The notes under the pieces are model-generated. The model was not told the origin of the DNA and searched no databases. It saw only the letters and a list, made by a program, of their open reading frames with translations. Of a stretch of 64,000 nucleotides of DNA, positions 24,417 to 39,145 are shown piece after piece. The position numbers and the translations under genes were made by a program. Numbering within the stretch: the stretch's first letter is position 1; every line of letters starts with the position of its first letter. The stretch lies in NCBI RefSeq assembly GCF_009914755.1, contig NC_060947.1. One strand, 5' to 3'. Source of the DNA: the human T2T-CHM13v2.0 reference genome, Homo sapiens.

Positions 24417-24951
24417 TGTCACCTGAAAGGGGTCCCGATCCAGATCCCAAGACAGGGTTCTTGGATCTCATGCAAGAAAGAATTCAAGGCAAATTCATAA
24501 AGTGAAAGCAAGTTTATTAAGAAAGTAAAGGAATAAAGAATGGCTACTCCATAGGCAGGGCAGACCTGAGGGCTGCTGGTTGCCCATTATTATGGTTATT
24601 TTTTGATTATATGCCAAAGAATGGGTGGATTATTCATCCCTCCCCTTTTAAGACCATATAGGGTATTTCTTGATGTTGCCATGGCATTTGTAAACTGTCA
24701 TGGATCTGGTGGGAGTGTAGAAGTAAGGATGACTACAGGTCACTCTTGTCACCATCTTGGTTTTGGTGGGTTTTGGCCAGCTGCTTTACTGTAAACTGTT
24801 TTATCAGCAAGGTCTTTTTGATCTGTATCTTGTGCCAACCTCCTATCTCACCCTGTGACTTAGAATGCCTAACCATCTGGGAATGCAGCCAGGTAGGTCT
24901 CAGCCTTATTTTACCCAGCCCCTATTCAAGATGATTCAAACGCCTCTGACA
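24417..24951 (-). mobile_element. MER41 solo LTR (MER41A-like)
   Basis: Minus strand TGTCAGAGGCGTTTGAATC..., ends ...GGTGACA; 4-bp TSD AAAT. Confidence 0.85.
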
Positions 24952-25587
24952 AAATCAAGATGCTAGCCAGGCTGCCCTCTAACTTGGAAGTTCTGGGGAA
25001 AAATCTGCTTCCAAGCTCCTTCTAGTTGTTGGCAGATTTCAGTTGCTTGGGATTGTGAGAATGAGGTTCCCGTTTCCTTGCTGGCTGTCAGCCAGCGGCA
25101 CTCTGCTTCTAGAGGCAGCTTGAATTCCCTCCATCTTTAAACCAGCAAAAGAAGGTTATGTCCTTCTCACTCTTTGAATCATTCTGACTTATTCTTTTGC
25201 TCCCTTTTGCTTTTATCATATGATTAGATTAGGTCAACCCAGATGTATGTTGTTAAAGAAAATAAAGAAAAAGCGAAATTACAACTGAAAAACAATTAGG
25301 AAACTAATTACTCAGAGCATTCTCTCCCTTTTCCCCAAAATAAACAGTTTTTGGTCCAGTTGGGTCATGGTAGGAAAAACATTTATAACCAGACTAAAAA
25401 AAAAAAATAAACTGAGAAAAAAATACCTGATTTATTTGGACTACTAAGTACAGCAACTCAACTGACAATGTCAGAATCACCACACAGCATTTGGGCTTTT
25501 GTTGTATTTTACCTCTAACAGAATGTGACTACATGTGATAAACATATTCCCTTGAAATATCTAACTACGCATTAAAAAAAAGTCTTC

Positions 25588-25877
25588 AGCCAGGTCCTAT
25601 GGCTCATGCCTGTAATCCCAACACTTTGGGATCCCAAGGTGGGCTGATTGCTCGTGCCCAGGAGTTTGAGACCAGCTGAGTAACATGGTCAAATCCCGTC
25701 TCTACTAAAAATACAAAACATTAGCGGGCTGTGGTGACGTGTGCCTGTAGTCCCAGCTACTTGGGAGGCTGAGGTGGGAGAATCAACTGAGCCAGGGAAG
25801 GTGAGAATGCAATGAGCTATGATACTGGGGGACTGGAATGAGACCTTGTCTTAATGTCTCAAAAAAAAAAAAAAAAG
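25588..25877 (+). mobile_element. Alu (diverged, internal deletion)
   Basis: Alu boxes and A-tail. Confidence 0.85.
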
Positions 25878-26409
25878 AATGAAAAGAAAATAAAACTCTT
25901 CTGTACTGTTTATTTATGTGAAGAGCTGTTTTAGTAAGACAAAGTAAGAACCAGGCCCCACTAGCAGCCTTTCAGGAGTCCTCGTGTAGAACATGCCTCT
26001 ACAATGTGGCAGAAGGAAATTTTGGATAACTGAGCTGCTTTTCATATTAACTGCTATGTAGCCATGTGCTCCAGCTACTTTTTTGGTAACAAGTTTATTG
26101 AGATATAATTCTTATACTATAAGGTTCGCCACGTTAAAGTATACGGTTCAGTTAGTATATTAACAGAGTGTGCAACCAATACTATAGTCTAATTTTAGAA
26201 CATTTTTAATGTCCCCCAAAGAAACTCTGTACCCATTAATAGTCACTCCCCCTTTCCCTCCTTTCCCCCCCTTCTCACAGCCCAAGGCAACCATGAATCC
26301 ATTTTTTTTCTCTATATGAAGGCTGTAGCTACTTTTGTTCCAAAATGCATATAGGGATAACTATACTTTAAAAATAGTGAGATTGATTTGGCATTTAAAC
26401 AGTAGAATC

Positions 26410-26630
26410 TGGGCAGGGTGGCTCACACCTATTATCCCAGCACTGTGGGAGGCCAAGATAGGCTGATCACTTGAGCCCAGGAGTTCGAGTCCAGCCTGGG
26501 CAACAGAGTGAGACCCCCGTCTCTACAAACAAAGATACAAAAAATTAGCTGGGTGTGGTGGCAGGTACTGTAGTACCAGCTACTTGGGAGGCTGAGGTGG
26601 GAGGATCACCTGAGCCCAGGAAGAAGAAGA
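26410..26630 (+). mobile_element. AluJ-like, 3' part deleted
   Basis: Left arm plus part of the right arm; TAAACAGTAGAA on both flanks. Confidence 0.8.
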
Positions 26631-26796
26631 AATTTTTTAAAATAAACAGTAGAAAAACTCATCTAGGGATTTTGAAGTAACAATATAAAAAAGACTAGAT
26701 TAATGCATGCATGCAATTTTTAAAAAAGATAAACGGTAGAAAAACTCACCTAGATATTTTGATGTAATGATTAAAAAAAGACTAGATTAATGCATG
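26631..26796 (+). repeat. Diverged ~87-bp tandem duplication
   Basis: ATAAACRGTAGAAAAACTCAYCTAG...AAAAAAGACTAGATTAATGCATG at 26642 and 26729. Confidence 0.85.
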
Positions 26797-27404
26797 TTTA
26801 CAATCCTTCTGAATGCTGCACTAATACTCCCTGATTCAGAACTTGGAACCTAACTACTAAAAAGGGAGCTTGAAGATTCTTGGATATACCTTCTTCATTT
26901 TACAGCTGGTGTTAATGAGACTTACATGAAGTTGAATGGCCCAAAGTTGCTCATCTAATTAGTGGCTGACAAATATATCTTTACTAATTATTATGCTTAA
27001 GTGACACAAATGTGAGATATAGGGTTAAAACTTTACTCCTAAGGACAAAATATACTACAACCAAGAGTTTTCTGCACCAGCCCAGAGGAATATACTTGAA
27101 ATTCAACTTTCAAGCAATGGATAATCACGTGAGTGTAATAGAATTGCACAATAAGCTTGTTCACGTGATATTAAAGAATTCATGTCTGTTTTAGGACTAC
27201 TTGATGTATAAAAAGGTATCTTTTATGTATCAGAAAAAAATGCAGTTAACTAGATTCTACCTGGAGCCCTTAATTCACAAAGAGTCTCTTCCTGTACTGC
27301 ACCTTCATGAAGGATACAAAGGTCAAAGAAATAAGCCAACTTCAATTATTTATTTTTAAAACGAACTTCAAGTTGAACGTGGATTTAGTCCAATATACTA
27401 TATT

Positions 27405-27530
27405 TGTCCCTCGGTATCTGTGGGGGATTAACTCCAGGACCCCAGTGGATACCAAAACCATGGGTCCTCAGGTCCCTGATATGAAATAACATAGTAATTG
27501 CATATAAGCTATACACATCTTCTTGTATAC
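27405..27530. mobile_element. MER2 (Tigger) fragment
   Basis: GTCCCTCGGTATCTGTGGGGGATT..CCAGGACCCC..GGATACCAAAA. Confidence 0.65.
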
Positions 27531-27693
27531 TTTTTTTTTTTTGAGACGTGGTCTCACTCTGTTGCCCAATGTGCATGAAGCTTCCTAATGTAATTTGTGG
27601 CAAATGATTTGGAGAGAGAATGTTTCTTCATATCACAAAAATAATACAGGTTAATTGCAGAAATTTTTCGAAATACAAAATACCAAAAATTAT

Positions 27694-27706
27694 CACACAC
27701 ACACAC

Positions 27707-27741
<35 letters not shown>
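27694..27741 (+). repeat. (CA)n microsatellite, about 24 units with one CG interruption
   Basis: Read directly from the sequence. Confidence 0.97.
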
Positions 27742-27743
<2 letters not shown>

Positions 27744-28159
27744 CAAACTTGTAATATCTACGTCCGTATTTATTTTACTGCCACTAAGCCTTCTTCCACA
27801 GTAAAGCTTTCTACACTATTTATCCAGTTCCCCATTGCTGGATAGTTAGGCCGTTTTCAGTTTAAGTTTTTGTAAATTATGCTTGTGGTGAGTTTTCGTG
27901 TACTTATATATTTGCAGTACCTCTTCAATTCATTACATATGATAATTTTCCAGAAGTAAAATTGCTGGATCAAATAGTACATATTTGGAATGCTACAAAG
28001 AAGTTGCTGTACAGAAAGGTTGTACCATTTGACATCCCCACTACCAGAATACTAAAAGGCTTGTTTTCTCATAATCTCATTTACAAAGAATATGGGATGG
28101 ATACATTGCTTTCAATGTCTTGCTTGCTAATGGGTAATTAGGGTAAGGAGCAACAGTAT

Positions 28160-28544
<385 letters not shown>

Positions 28545-28732
28545 TCACAAACCTCTCCCTCTCTGCCTTGAATAACATCAGAAGTACAACATTGTCATAA
28601 CAATCAGTTGGACAATGCCGAGAGATGTGCAGTCTAGCTGTTTGGCAGTATGTGAACAGAACAAAGAAACAGGCTGACTGAACTTTCCATTTTTGCCTCA
28701 TTTGGCACCAATCATAGCATGAATTTTCTGTG

Positions 28733-28891
28733 TGTGGTCTTCAAACCAGCATTCTCAGCCTCACCTGGGAACCTGCAAATTCTCAGGCTTCACCTCAGAC
28801 CTATTGAATCAAAACCTCTGGGTGTGGGTCCCAGAAATCTGTGTTTTAACAAACCCTCCAGAAAATTTTGATGTATACTAAAATTTGAGAT
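28733..28891. mobile_element. MER5A
   Basis: GCAAATTCTCAGGC..CTCAGACCTATTGAATCAAAACCTCTGGG..TTTTAACAAACCCTCCAG. Confidence 0.7.
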
Positions 28892-29626
28892 TATGCGGGA
28901 TCTTACTTCTTAGTGGTAGTTAAAACTCCTGCCCAAGATCAGGTGAAATTATAGTGCTTACCCCTTGTCTCCATCTCTCCATCCATCAGTCTTTCTGCTT
29001 CTTACTTTTTAATGTGCCAAACTCCCTCCCTCTCTCCTGTCTACTATATCCCCACTCTAATACTCTATCCAATAATAATAGTGGATGTTGGGCGACCCTC
29101 TGCTTGGCTGGATCATTACCACTCTATCAGTGTAGCCATCTTCGTCTGATCTTAGGGTTCCTAGAGATAGGGCCTATGATGTACTAACAGATTACACTGT
29201 ATTTATTGGTTCGGGAAAAGGGAATCATGGTACAACCAGAAGTGGCAGAGTTGGGAGATCTCTCTCAAGTCCCAGAGCTCATACTCTTAACCTTAAAAGC
29301 ACTCACGCCTTTGCTTCATCATTGGTCTCTTTCTGGGATGTTCTTTCCCGCCTTTGCTGACTGTGGATCCTGCCCATCCTTCAAGATGGAGCTCTGTTAT
29401 GTTAAATGGATTTAAGTGGGGGAAAATAAAGTTTGTACATGGTTTGGCCCTGTTGTGGTTTGATCTCTGGCTGTGCTCTCCTATTTTATTTCCTTCCTGT
29501 TTTTATCTCCCACACACCTTCCCAGCCACACCAGCTTCCTTACTATGCCGCTAATACAGTAAGCATGCTCCTGCCTCAGAGCATTTGCACTTCCCTTTCC
29601 TCTTAGAACACTTTTCACACCTAGGG

Positions 29627-30166
29627 CAGAGGTCCCCAACCTTTTTGGCACTAAAGATAGGTTTTGTGGAAGACAATTTTATCATGGATTGGGTGTGGGC
29701 AGGGGGGATGGTTTCGGGATGATTCAAGTGCATTACATTTATTGTGCATGTTATTTATATTATTATTACATTGTAATATATAATGAATATACTGAATGAA
29801 TATAATGAATGTAATATATAATGAAATATACAATTTAATGTAGAATCAGTGGGAGCCCTGAACTTGTTTTCCTGCAACGAGACGGTCCCATCTGGATGGA
29901 GGTGATGGGAGACAATGACAGATCATCAAGCATTAGATTCTCACAAGGATTTTGCAACCTAGATCCCTTGCATGCACAGTTCACAATAGGGTTCACGCTC
30001 CTATGAGAATCTAATGCTGCCACTGATCTGACAGGAGGTGGAGCTCAGGCGGTAATGCCAGTGATGGGGAGCAGCTGTAAATACAGATGAAGCTCAGCCT
30101 CCTCTCACCTCCTGCTGTGCGACCTGGACAGATACCGGTCTGTGGCCTGGGGGTTGGGGACCCCTG
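29627..30166. mobile_element. MER1A (hAT-Charlie) inside an L2 remnant (about 29400-30520)
   Basis: TIRs CAGAGGTCCCCAACC / GGTTGGGGACCCCTG; degenerate 8-bp TSD ACCTAGGG/CCCTATGG. Confidence 0.85.
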
Positions 30167-30541
30167 CCCTATGGGACTCTTCCCCTACACATTTACATGG
30201 CTTTCTCCTTCTGGTCATTCAGAATGCTGCTCAAATGTTACTTATTACACTACCTCAGAGGGGCCTTTCATGACCACCCTATCTGAAGTAGCTCTGTAAT
30301 CATTTTATTTCCTTTTGTTATGCCTTATTTTTCTTCATAGCATTTCTCATGATTTAACCTTTAATTATGTCTTTATTTGTTTATTGTTGCTCTTGACCCC
30401 GAATGCAAGCTCTGTGAGGACAGGGACTTTCTAGATTTTTTCCTTTGTTATTTTATCTCTAGTGCCTAACGAAGTACTTGGTATATATAAGGTGCTCAAG
30501 AAATATTTTTGGATGAAAGTCAGAGTTATGAAAAAAATTGA

Positions 30542-30834
<293 letters not shown>

Positions 30835-31078
30835 AAAAAATTGAATTTTTAATGACACTCGGGATATTGCAAAGAATGCAATAAGCAAAGATTGGAAAAA
30901 ATGCACCAAAATGCGTTAGAATTTAAGAACTGTAGGAAATTTGTATTTCCCCACATGTACTTTAACATATTTTATAAATTCCTGAAATAATCATATTTTA
31001 CTTATATTAGAAAAAATAAACACATTTGTGGGTAAAATAAAAAGCATTTAAGTTGCTTTTTGATTTGTACATCTCATG

Positions 31079-31233
31079 CTTTTTTTTTTCTTTAAGAGAT
31101 GGCGGGGGGAGGGGGAGGTGGGCGGGGGGGTCTCACTGTGTTGCCCAGCTGGTCCGGAACTCTTGCCTCAGGTAATCCTCCCACATAGGCCTCCCAAAGT
31201 GTTGGGATTACAGGCGTGGCCACCGTGTCCGGC
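31079..31233 (-). mobile_element. Alu monomer (FLAM-like) with expanded G-runs
   Basis: GGTCTCACTGTGTTGCCCAG...CCTCCCAAAGTGTTGGGATTACAGGCGTG. Confidence 0.75.
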
Positions 31234-31337
31234 CCTACATCTTACGCCTTTAGTCCTGCGGGTTTTTTTGTTAGTTTGTTTTCTGCCACGGGTCTGGCGG
31301 AAAGATTTCCCTACTCCAGCTCACTGCTGCCTGTCAA

Positions 31338-31353
31338 CCACCAGATGGCAGCA
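31338..31353 (+). promoter_or_regulatory. Candidate CTCF site
   Basis: CCACCAGATGGCAGCA matches the CCASYAGRKGGCRS core in apparently non-repeat, CpG-retaining DNA. Confidence 0.6.
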
Positions 31354-31735
31354 TTCAACTTCCAAAAACTGGCCTTTCGTTAACTTCTCACAAACCGCAG
31401 TAAAATAAAGGAAAAAAGAAAACTCTTATGGTTAAACAAATTGTGGAGTTTTGGGCTACTTCAGAAAATAGATATTCGTTTGAAGGTGGAAAATATTTTA
31501 TCCTTAAACCAGTTTCTCAATTTAATTCGGACAGTTGATCTTCAGGGTATTCAAACAACTAATCCTGAAAGTCTACTAGTAAAGAGGAGTTATGGCATAA
31601 TTTTGCATTTCTCAGAACCACACCTGGCAGCTGTGGTAGTCAAGACCAGCCTTCTTTGGAAACGTTTTGGCATCTGCGCGAAAAGCGTAACTTTAAGACC
31701 TCTGAACAATTCTTCTCCCATCGCCACAGCTATAA

Positions 31736-32152
<417 letters not shown>

Positions 32153-32489
32153 TGAGTTGTCATAGAATTTTAGTGTCGTAAATCGTAATAAAATATAGTT
32201 TTATTTTGATTTTAAGGAAATAAATCTGGGACTAAGGGCTTAAACAACTTTCCCATGATTAGATAGCTACTTAGTGGCAGAGCTAAATGAAACAAGGCCT
32301 AGGTCTCCTACCTTCAGCCCACTGTAGGCTTTATGTTTATTTAGGTTCTGCTATTATATATATCATACTGCTTTTTTTTATGAATATATACCTTGCAATA
32401 GTACGCTGTCTGGGGCTCGCTTTAAAATATTTTAGAAATCAATCACCCATTCAGCAAAATATATAAATTATGTATAATTTATAAATAAA

Positions 32490-32773
<284 letters not shown>

Positions 32774-33659
32774 TTAAAAAAGATGGAATGGAAAATGGAG
32801 AGGTTGAGGATGAGGACAAATTTCTTCCAGTTACTTCTTCATCTACTGGTGATGCTTGACTGAATCAGCTGTGTGATCTTAGGGAAGTCATTTCCCCTCT
32901 ATAAGCTTGTTTCTTCATCTGGTAAGTGAGGTCTTTAGAAACGATGGCCCTAAAGGTACCTGGAAGCAATATGCATCTCAGCTCCCTACGAAAACCCCCA
33001 AATATTTAAATTCCTCTTTGGATTTTCTGAAAGGGATGGCAAAAGAAGCCTCAGATCAGGTAGAGCCCCATGGTTCTGACTAAATCATTTCTGACAGCTA
33101 GGCAGTTCCACGGCCCCACAGTTCCTCAGAATGCTCCAAAGCCACCAGTTCTGAACTGGGACTGAAGTCTTTAGGAAGCAGCCATACTTAGTGTTGCAGT
33201 TTCCCCATAGCTTAAGGGTACCCAAGGAACATGGCTATGTACCACTCCCATGGCTCCCCGAGGCTTCCATTTAAATGTAAGAACACAGACTGAGGTGGAC
33301 CAAAGTTTAAATCCCACCTCTGCCACTTCCTAGACGTGTATGATCTTAGTTATTTCTAGTTCTCAATCTCCCCATAAATAAAACTGTTGGGAAAATTCAG
33401 TATTCAATAAAGGTGAGTAAGAAGGTAGATAGAGAGGTAGACAGAGAGGTGATAGGATAATATATTTGAGATATTGAATTTTTGCCCTCCAGGAGTTCGC
33501 CCCCTTCCCATTCAAAGTGCTAGTCATTTCAGTACTCATTTTCTCAGTGGTGGCATGTGACTATCATAAGGCATAAACAGTAAGATCTTTCTGACTTAAG
33601 AGGGCAAAATCTTCAGGCAGTGGTGTGCTGGAGCCGGTTCCAACTGGCTCCTTGAGCTA

Positions 33660-34430
33660 AAATTAACCATTTTAAAGTAAACAACTCAGTGGCGCACATC
33701 TTGTTCCAAAACATTTCCATCAATCACTACAAAATAAAACCCCACACCAATTAAGAAGTTACTCCCCATTCATCCTCCTTTCAGGCTCTGGTAACAACCA
33801 TTCTACTTTTCATTTCTCTGGATCTTCCTATTCTGGATATTTCATATAAGTGGAATCGTGTGCCCTTTTGTTCCTGACTTCTTTCACCTAGTGTGACGTT
33901 TCTAAAGTTCATCCACTTTGTAGCATGTATCAGTACTTCATTCCTTTTTACGGCTGAATAATGTTCCATTGTATGAATATACCACTTTTGTTTGTCCATT
34001 CATTAATTGATGGACATTTGGACTGTTTCCTCTTTTTAGTTGTTATGAATAATACTACTGTGAACATTCCTGTATAATTTTTTTTGTGTAAACATATGTT
34101 TTAAATTTTCTTGGGTATATATATGGGAGTCGAATTTCTGGGTCATATGGTGACTGTGTTACCAGAGTTGTGAATAAATGCCTACAATCAGCCATCAAGA
34201 GCTATTTGGAAATCAGTACGTGGAAAGATATTCAACATCATTAGCCCTGGGAAGGGGGAAATGTAAACCAAACCACAATGAGATAACACGTCACATCCAC
34301 TAGGCAGATAATAACAAGTGTCAGGGAGGATGCAGAGAAACTGAAACCCTCATACATTGCTAGTGAGATTGTAAAATGGTGCCGCTGCTTTGGAAAACAG
34401 TCTGGTAGTTCCTCAAACGGTTAAACTTCG
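33660..34430. mobile_element. Old L1 fragments (minus about 33660-34160, plus about 34180-34430)
   Basis: Minus ORF DKQKWYIHTMEHYSAVKRNEVLIHATKWMN is L1 ORF2 end. Plus strand CATTGCTAGTGAGATTGTAAAATGGT..TTTGGAAAACAG is also L1. Confidence 0.75.
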
Positions 34431-35095
34431 AGCCTTCATTTGTGAATGCCTCCTGGGCATGGGAGGGGGTGGTCAGGCCCTGAACAGAATAGCTAGAGAA
34501 GCTTCTTCCCTCCTCCCCCTGGGATGAGATAATCATTAAACACATGCCCATTCAGATAGACAGATGGATATGTGGATCTGATATTCACCTCTTTGGTGTC
34601 ACCTCACATCTTATTCCCACCCCCATCCCCAATTCTCACCTTCCTGAGTGGTAGATATCCTACTGCAATGCAAATTCTCTCCAAAACAACTAATGCAGAA
34701 AAGGTAATCCATGGTTTCCCCTCTTTGTTATAACTGATTTTCTGGGGGGTTTTTGGAAGTGCGAGCAGAGACTTACCATGTAACTTACATATGCAGTTCA
34801 CATTACGTATTGTCCTGCCACTGGATCTGATTGCCACCATTCCACTCCTGGAAATGCCCACTTCATTCCTTTCATCCTGTCTAGCTCCTTCCCATCCTGT
34901 GAGATCCAGGTCAAATCTCGTGCCCTCTGTAAAATTTTTCCTCAGTTAAATCCAGGATAAAAGTGCCCAGTGACTGGGTAGCATAGCTCCCGGATATCCT
35001 AGTACTCGTAACTAAACACCGTAAAATGCTGCTTTTAAAAACTTAATATAGTGAAGCACATGATTTTTTTTGGATTTATGTTCCACTTTATGCTA

Positions 35096-35464
<369 letters not shown>

Positions 35465-35834
35465 TTAAGGGAGATAAGTTTAAAATGAAGTAAATGTGAA
35501 CTAAATTTTGTGTGGAATGCGTTGGTTAAAGACTTTCATTGTTTGGTTTTACTTGGAATACTAATGCTTTGTAGCTGTATTGTTTACCTTCTCTTGGGTG
35601 GTAAATAGGTGGGATGAGGAATTGATAGGTTTGGGTTCTGGTCCTAGCTTAGTTGTTAACTAGGTATATACTCTTTCAGCTCCTTTAACCCTCTCTATGA
35701 ATCAATAGGAAAATGGGAATGGTACTACCTATTGATAAACAATTCCTACAGATTCTATCTTCTTTTCTTTGTAAACCCTTTATTACTCCCAATATTCGTT
35801 CCCTGGTTCAGACTTTCATCATTCTTAGCCTAGG

Positions 35835-35985
35835 CTCTTGCTACCCAAAATGTGGTCTTCGGCCAAGTAGCAGCTTGTTGGGAACACAGAATCTTGGGCT
35901 TCACTCCAGACCCTAACAAATCAGAATCCACATTTTGAGATCTTTAGGTGATTCATATGCACATTAAAATCTGAGAAGTACTGGC
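35835..35985. mobile_element. MER5A
   Basis: CAGAATCTTGGGC..CCAGACCCTAACAAATCAGAATC..GGTGATTCATATGCACATTAAAATCTGAGAAG. Confidence 0.7.
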
Positions 35986-36119
35986 CTAGACTAATTACAG
36001 CCTTTTAGCTGGTTTCTCTGTCCCCACCCTGGGCCCTTCCAATCTACCTTCACGTTGTAACTAAGAAGAACTTTTCTAAGCCAAGATTATATCACTTCTC
36101 TATTTAAAATCACTCAGGA

Positions 36120-36290
36120 AGCCAGGCACGGTGGCATGTGTCTATAGTCCCAGCTACTCAAGAGGCCAAGGCAGGAGGATTGCTTGAGGCCAGGAGTTCA
36201 AGGCCGCAGTGTCCTATGATCTTGGCTGTGAATAGCCACTGCACTCAAGTCTGGGCAACACAGTGATAACCTGGCTCTTAAGATAAATAC
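36120..36290 (+). mobile_element. FAM (fossil Alu monomer)
   Basis: Monomer containing the FAM-diagnostic ..TGTGAATAGCCACTGCACTC. Confidence 0.75.
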
Positions 36291-36404
36291 ACGAAATAAA
36301 ATCCCTCAGTGGCTCACCATTATAAAATAGCAATATGAAAAGAGCATAGGCAGTAGAATCAAACATATTAGGGAATCATATGTTTGAACCAGTAAGTTTT
36401 GCGG

Positions 36405-36590
36405 CTTTTTTCTTTCTTTTTTTTTTTTTTTAACCGGTTCTCGCTCTGTTGCCCAGCCTGGAGTGCAGTGGTGCAATCAAGGTTAACTGCAGCCTCGACC
36501 TCCTGGGCTCAAGCCTCAGCCTCTGCCTCCAGAGTAGCTGGGACCATAGGTGTATGCCACCACACCTGGCTAATTTTTTTAATTTTGTAA
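36405..36590 (-). mobile_element. Partial Alu (right arm)
   Basis: T-tract followed by CTCGCTCTGTTGCCCAG..GTAGCTGGGAC. Confidence 0.8.
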
Positions 36591-36792
36591 AGGCTAGTTT
36601 GTGACTTTTGACAAGTGATACAAGCTTCTCTTGGTTGTAGTTTCTTCATTTGTAAATGGCAAAAAAAAAAAAGCCCACTAACAAGTCTATATATGCAGAA
36701 ATGTTTGCAGATGAAAATGGGATGTCTGAGATTTGGTTTCACATAGTCCATGGAAGTGGAGGATGTGTAGGGGTATAGATAAAACAGGAATG

Positions 36793-37370
36793 GTGTGGAA
36801 GATTGTGTTTTCAAATATGGCAGCAACAATATCTCCCATTCTATGTGCTCTTCTACAAGGTGACATTGACACTCACCCCATTTAAGAGGTTGAATCTAAT
36901 TCTGCTCTCTTTGCATCCTAGCAAACCTTGTAAATCACTTAGAACCAATATAGCAGAAGTGATGCTGTGTGACATCTGAGACAAAGTCAGAAAACTTCAT
37001 GAAGCTTCCGCCTAGTTGTCTCTGGACACTTACCCTGAGACCGTCATGCCAGAGACGCTACATTTCGATATTCCAGTCAACAGTTCCAGCTCATCTCAGC
37101 CTTCCAGCCATTTCCATCAAGCCACCAGACATAGGTGTGAAGCTTTGTTTGGACCCTCCAGACCAGCTCATCTATTAGCCACTACTATCAGCCATCCATC
37201 AGTAGGCCACTCCTGAGTGGCCTCAATTGGTGCTAAAACCAACAGAATTGCCCAGGTAAGCCCTGCCCACATTCCTGGTGCCCCAAGTCACAGAATCTAA
37301 TAAAATTCTTGTTTTATCCCATGAAGTTTGGAGGGTGGTTTTTCAATGCAGCAACAGATTACCAGAACAA
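36793..37370 (+). mobile_element. MLT1 (MaLR) LTR
   Basis: TGTGGAAGATTGTGTTTTCAAATATGGC...GCAGCAACAGATTACCAGAACA. Confidence 0.7.
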
Positions 37371-38939
37371 TTGGCATGAGTTGATAATTGTTGAAGCTGG
37401 GTAATTGGGTACACGGGGGTTCATTCTATTGTTCTTTCTACTTATACATATGTGTGGAATTTTCTATAAGAAAGAGTTTTTTAAAAAAGAAATATCTCAG
37501 CTTAAAGTTAATAGTCAATAAATAGCAGCTATTGTTATTGTGAATGGAAGTAGTCAATAAATAGTAGCCATTATTATTGCCATTGGAATGAAGTTCAATC
37601 TGAGCAGCACAGCATTCACAGTCCTCTTGCTAATTTGGTTCTTGCTTCTTCAAGTTCATCTTTCACCAACTCACACCCTTCACTTCGCTCTTACGTGCTC
37701 CAGAAATTACCAAAATACTTACAGTTCCTAGAATATGGCTCTGTGCTTATGCTTCCATGCTATTGCCTATGTTGCTTTCTCTTTTGGGAAGTATTTTCCC
37801 ACCTTTGTTTCTATATAATGTTTCAAGATTCAGCTCATATGTAACTCCATCAGGGAAGCTTTTTCTAACACATAGAAATAGAATTTGTTCCTCTTGTTAC
37901 TAGGACCCTACTCTAAACAGACTTCTTCCAAGGCATCAAGAGTAGTTTCTTATGCTTCTGTGTGTGCTTGTCTGTTTCTCTACCAGACTATGAAACCTTC
38001 CCCACAGTGCTATGTGTGGGGAACCACGTCTTAACCCTCTTGAAGCTCACAGTGCAAGTAGAGAAGCCAGACAATAAACAAATAAATCTATAATTAAATT
38101 TTGATAAGTCCGATGAAGGATATAAGCAGGAAATTAGGAGAAAGCAGGGGGCCGGAAAGGGAAATCCTCTCAGAAAAGGATGACATTTGTGTTGAGCTGA
38201 GAGGATGAGTAGGAGTTAGCCTTATTCATATGTTTAAGCCAAGGCCTAGCTCAAGGCTTGGCAGGTAGTAGGATGCATTAAATACTTATTGAATGAACTT
38301 GCTCTGCCTCGCTCAGAAGTTTCTTGTGAGCATCACATGTGATAACATCTGCAAAAGTTCTTTGGAGAGTATAAAGTGCAACACAAATGCAACTTTATTA
38401 CAGACGATATCCTGAGAGGATAGGAAGCAGAATTCCCTCTTTCATCAGAGTGAACTTCTGCAGACAGGCAAGTTCTGCCCTGGCCAAGTGTATCCAGGCT
38501 TACAATCTTCTCTCCAAACATAGTTTTCTCATTTTTTTTTTTTTTTGAATCATCAACATGGCCTTTAATGAGATACAGGAGGGAGGAGACACATGGCTTG
38601 TGTGGGTGTAGGTTTGGATGAAGTCCTATAGCGGGAAAGCAGCCAGCTCTAGTGCAATGACTTGAAGATCAAACTGGATGATTTTCAAGGGTGGAGGGGA
38701 GGATGCTAAGGAAAGTGGGAAGTAGGGAAAGTGATTAAGAATAGTAATATTAACTCCATGTTTGCCCATCCATATGATCTGATTCTATCAAGTGCTTAAG
38801 TTCCTCCTCTCCCTTTTCTTTACCTCCCCAACTTACGGTTGTCCAAATATCGCCTGTTTTCAGTAAGACCAGAAGAGAATTAACGTATATTTAGCATCTA
38901 CTATGTGAAAGGCACTATGGCATGTTCTTTTAAAACATA

Positions 38940-39145
38940 AAGGTGTGATGGCTCATGCATGTAGTCCCAACTACGAGGGTTGCTGAGGCTTTAGGATCGC
39001 TTGAGCTCGGGAAGCAGAGGTTGCAGTGAGCCACGATTGCACCACTGCCCGCCAGCCTGGGTGACAGAGTGAGACCTTGTCTCAAACAAACAAACAAAAA
39101 TAAACAAAAACAAAAAAAAACAAAACAAAATACAAAAACCAACAT
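38940..39145 (+). mobile_element. Alu right arm/FRAM with (CAAA)n tail
   Basis: Alu right monomer; AAACATAAA flanks. Confidence 0.8.

Larger units (their letters stand above)
23965..25245. mobile_element. MLT1 (MaLR) LTR interrupted by an Alu and MER41
   Basis: TGTATTAGTTTTCTATTGCTGC..., ATTATCTCACAGTTCT.., GCTGAAAT|CAAGATGCTAGCCAGGCT continuity across the inserts. Confidence 0.7.

Noticed and set aside
36120-36290. 7SL RNA gene or pseudogene
   Set aside because: Lacks the 7SL S-domain; fits a FAM monomer.
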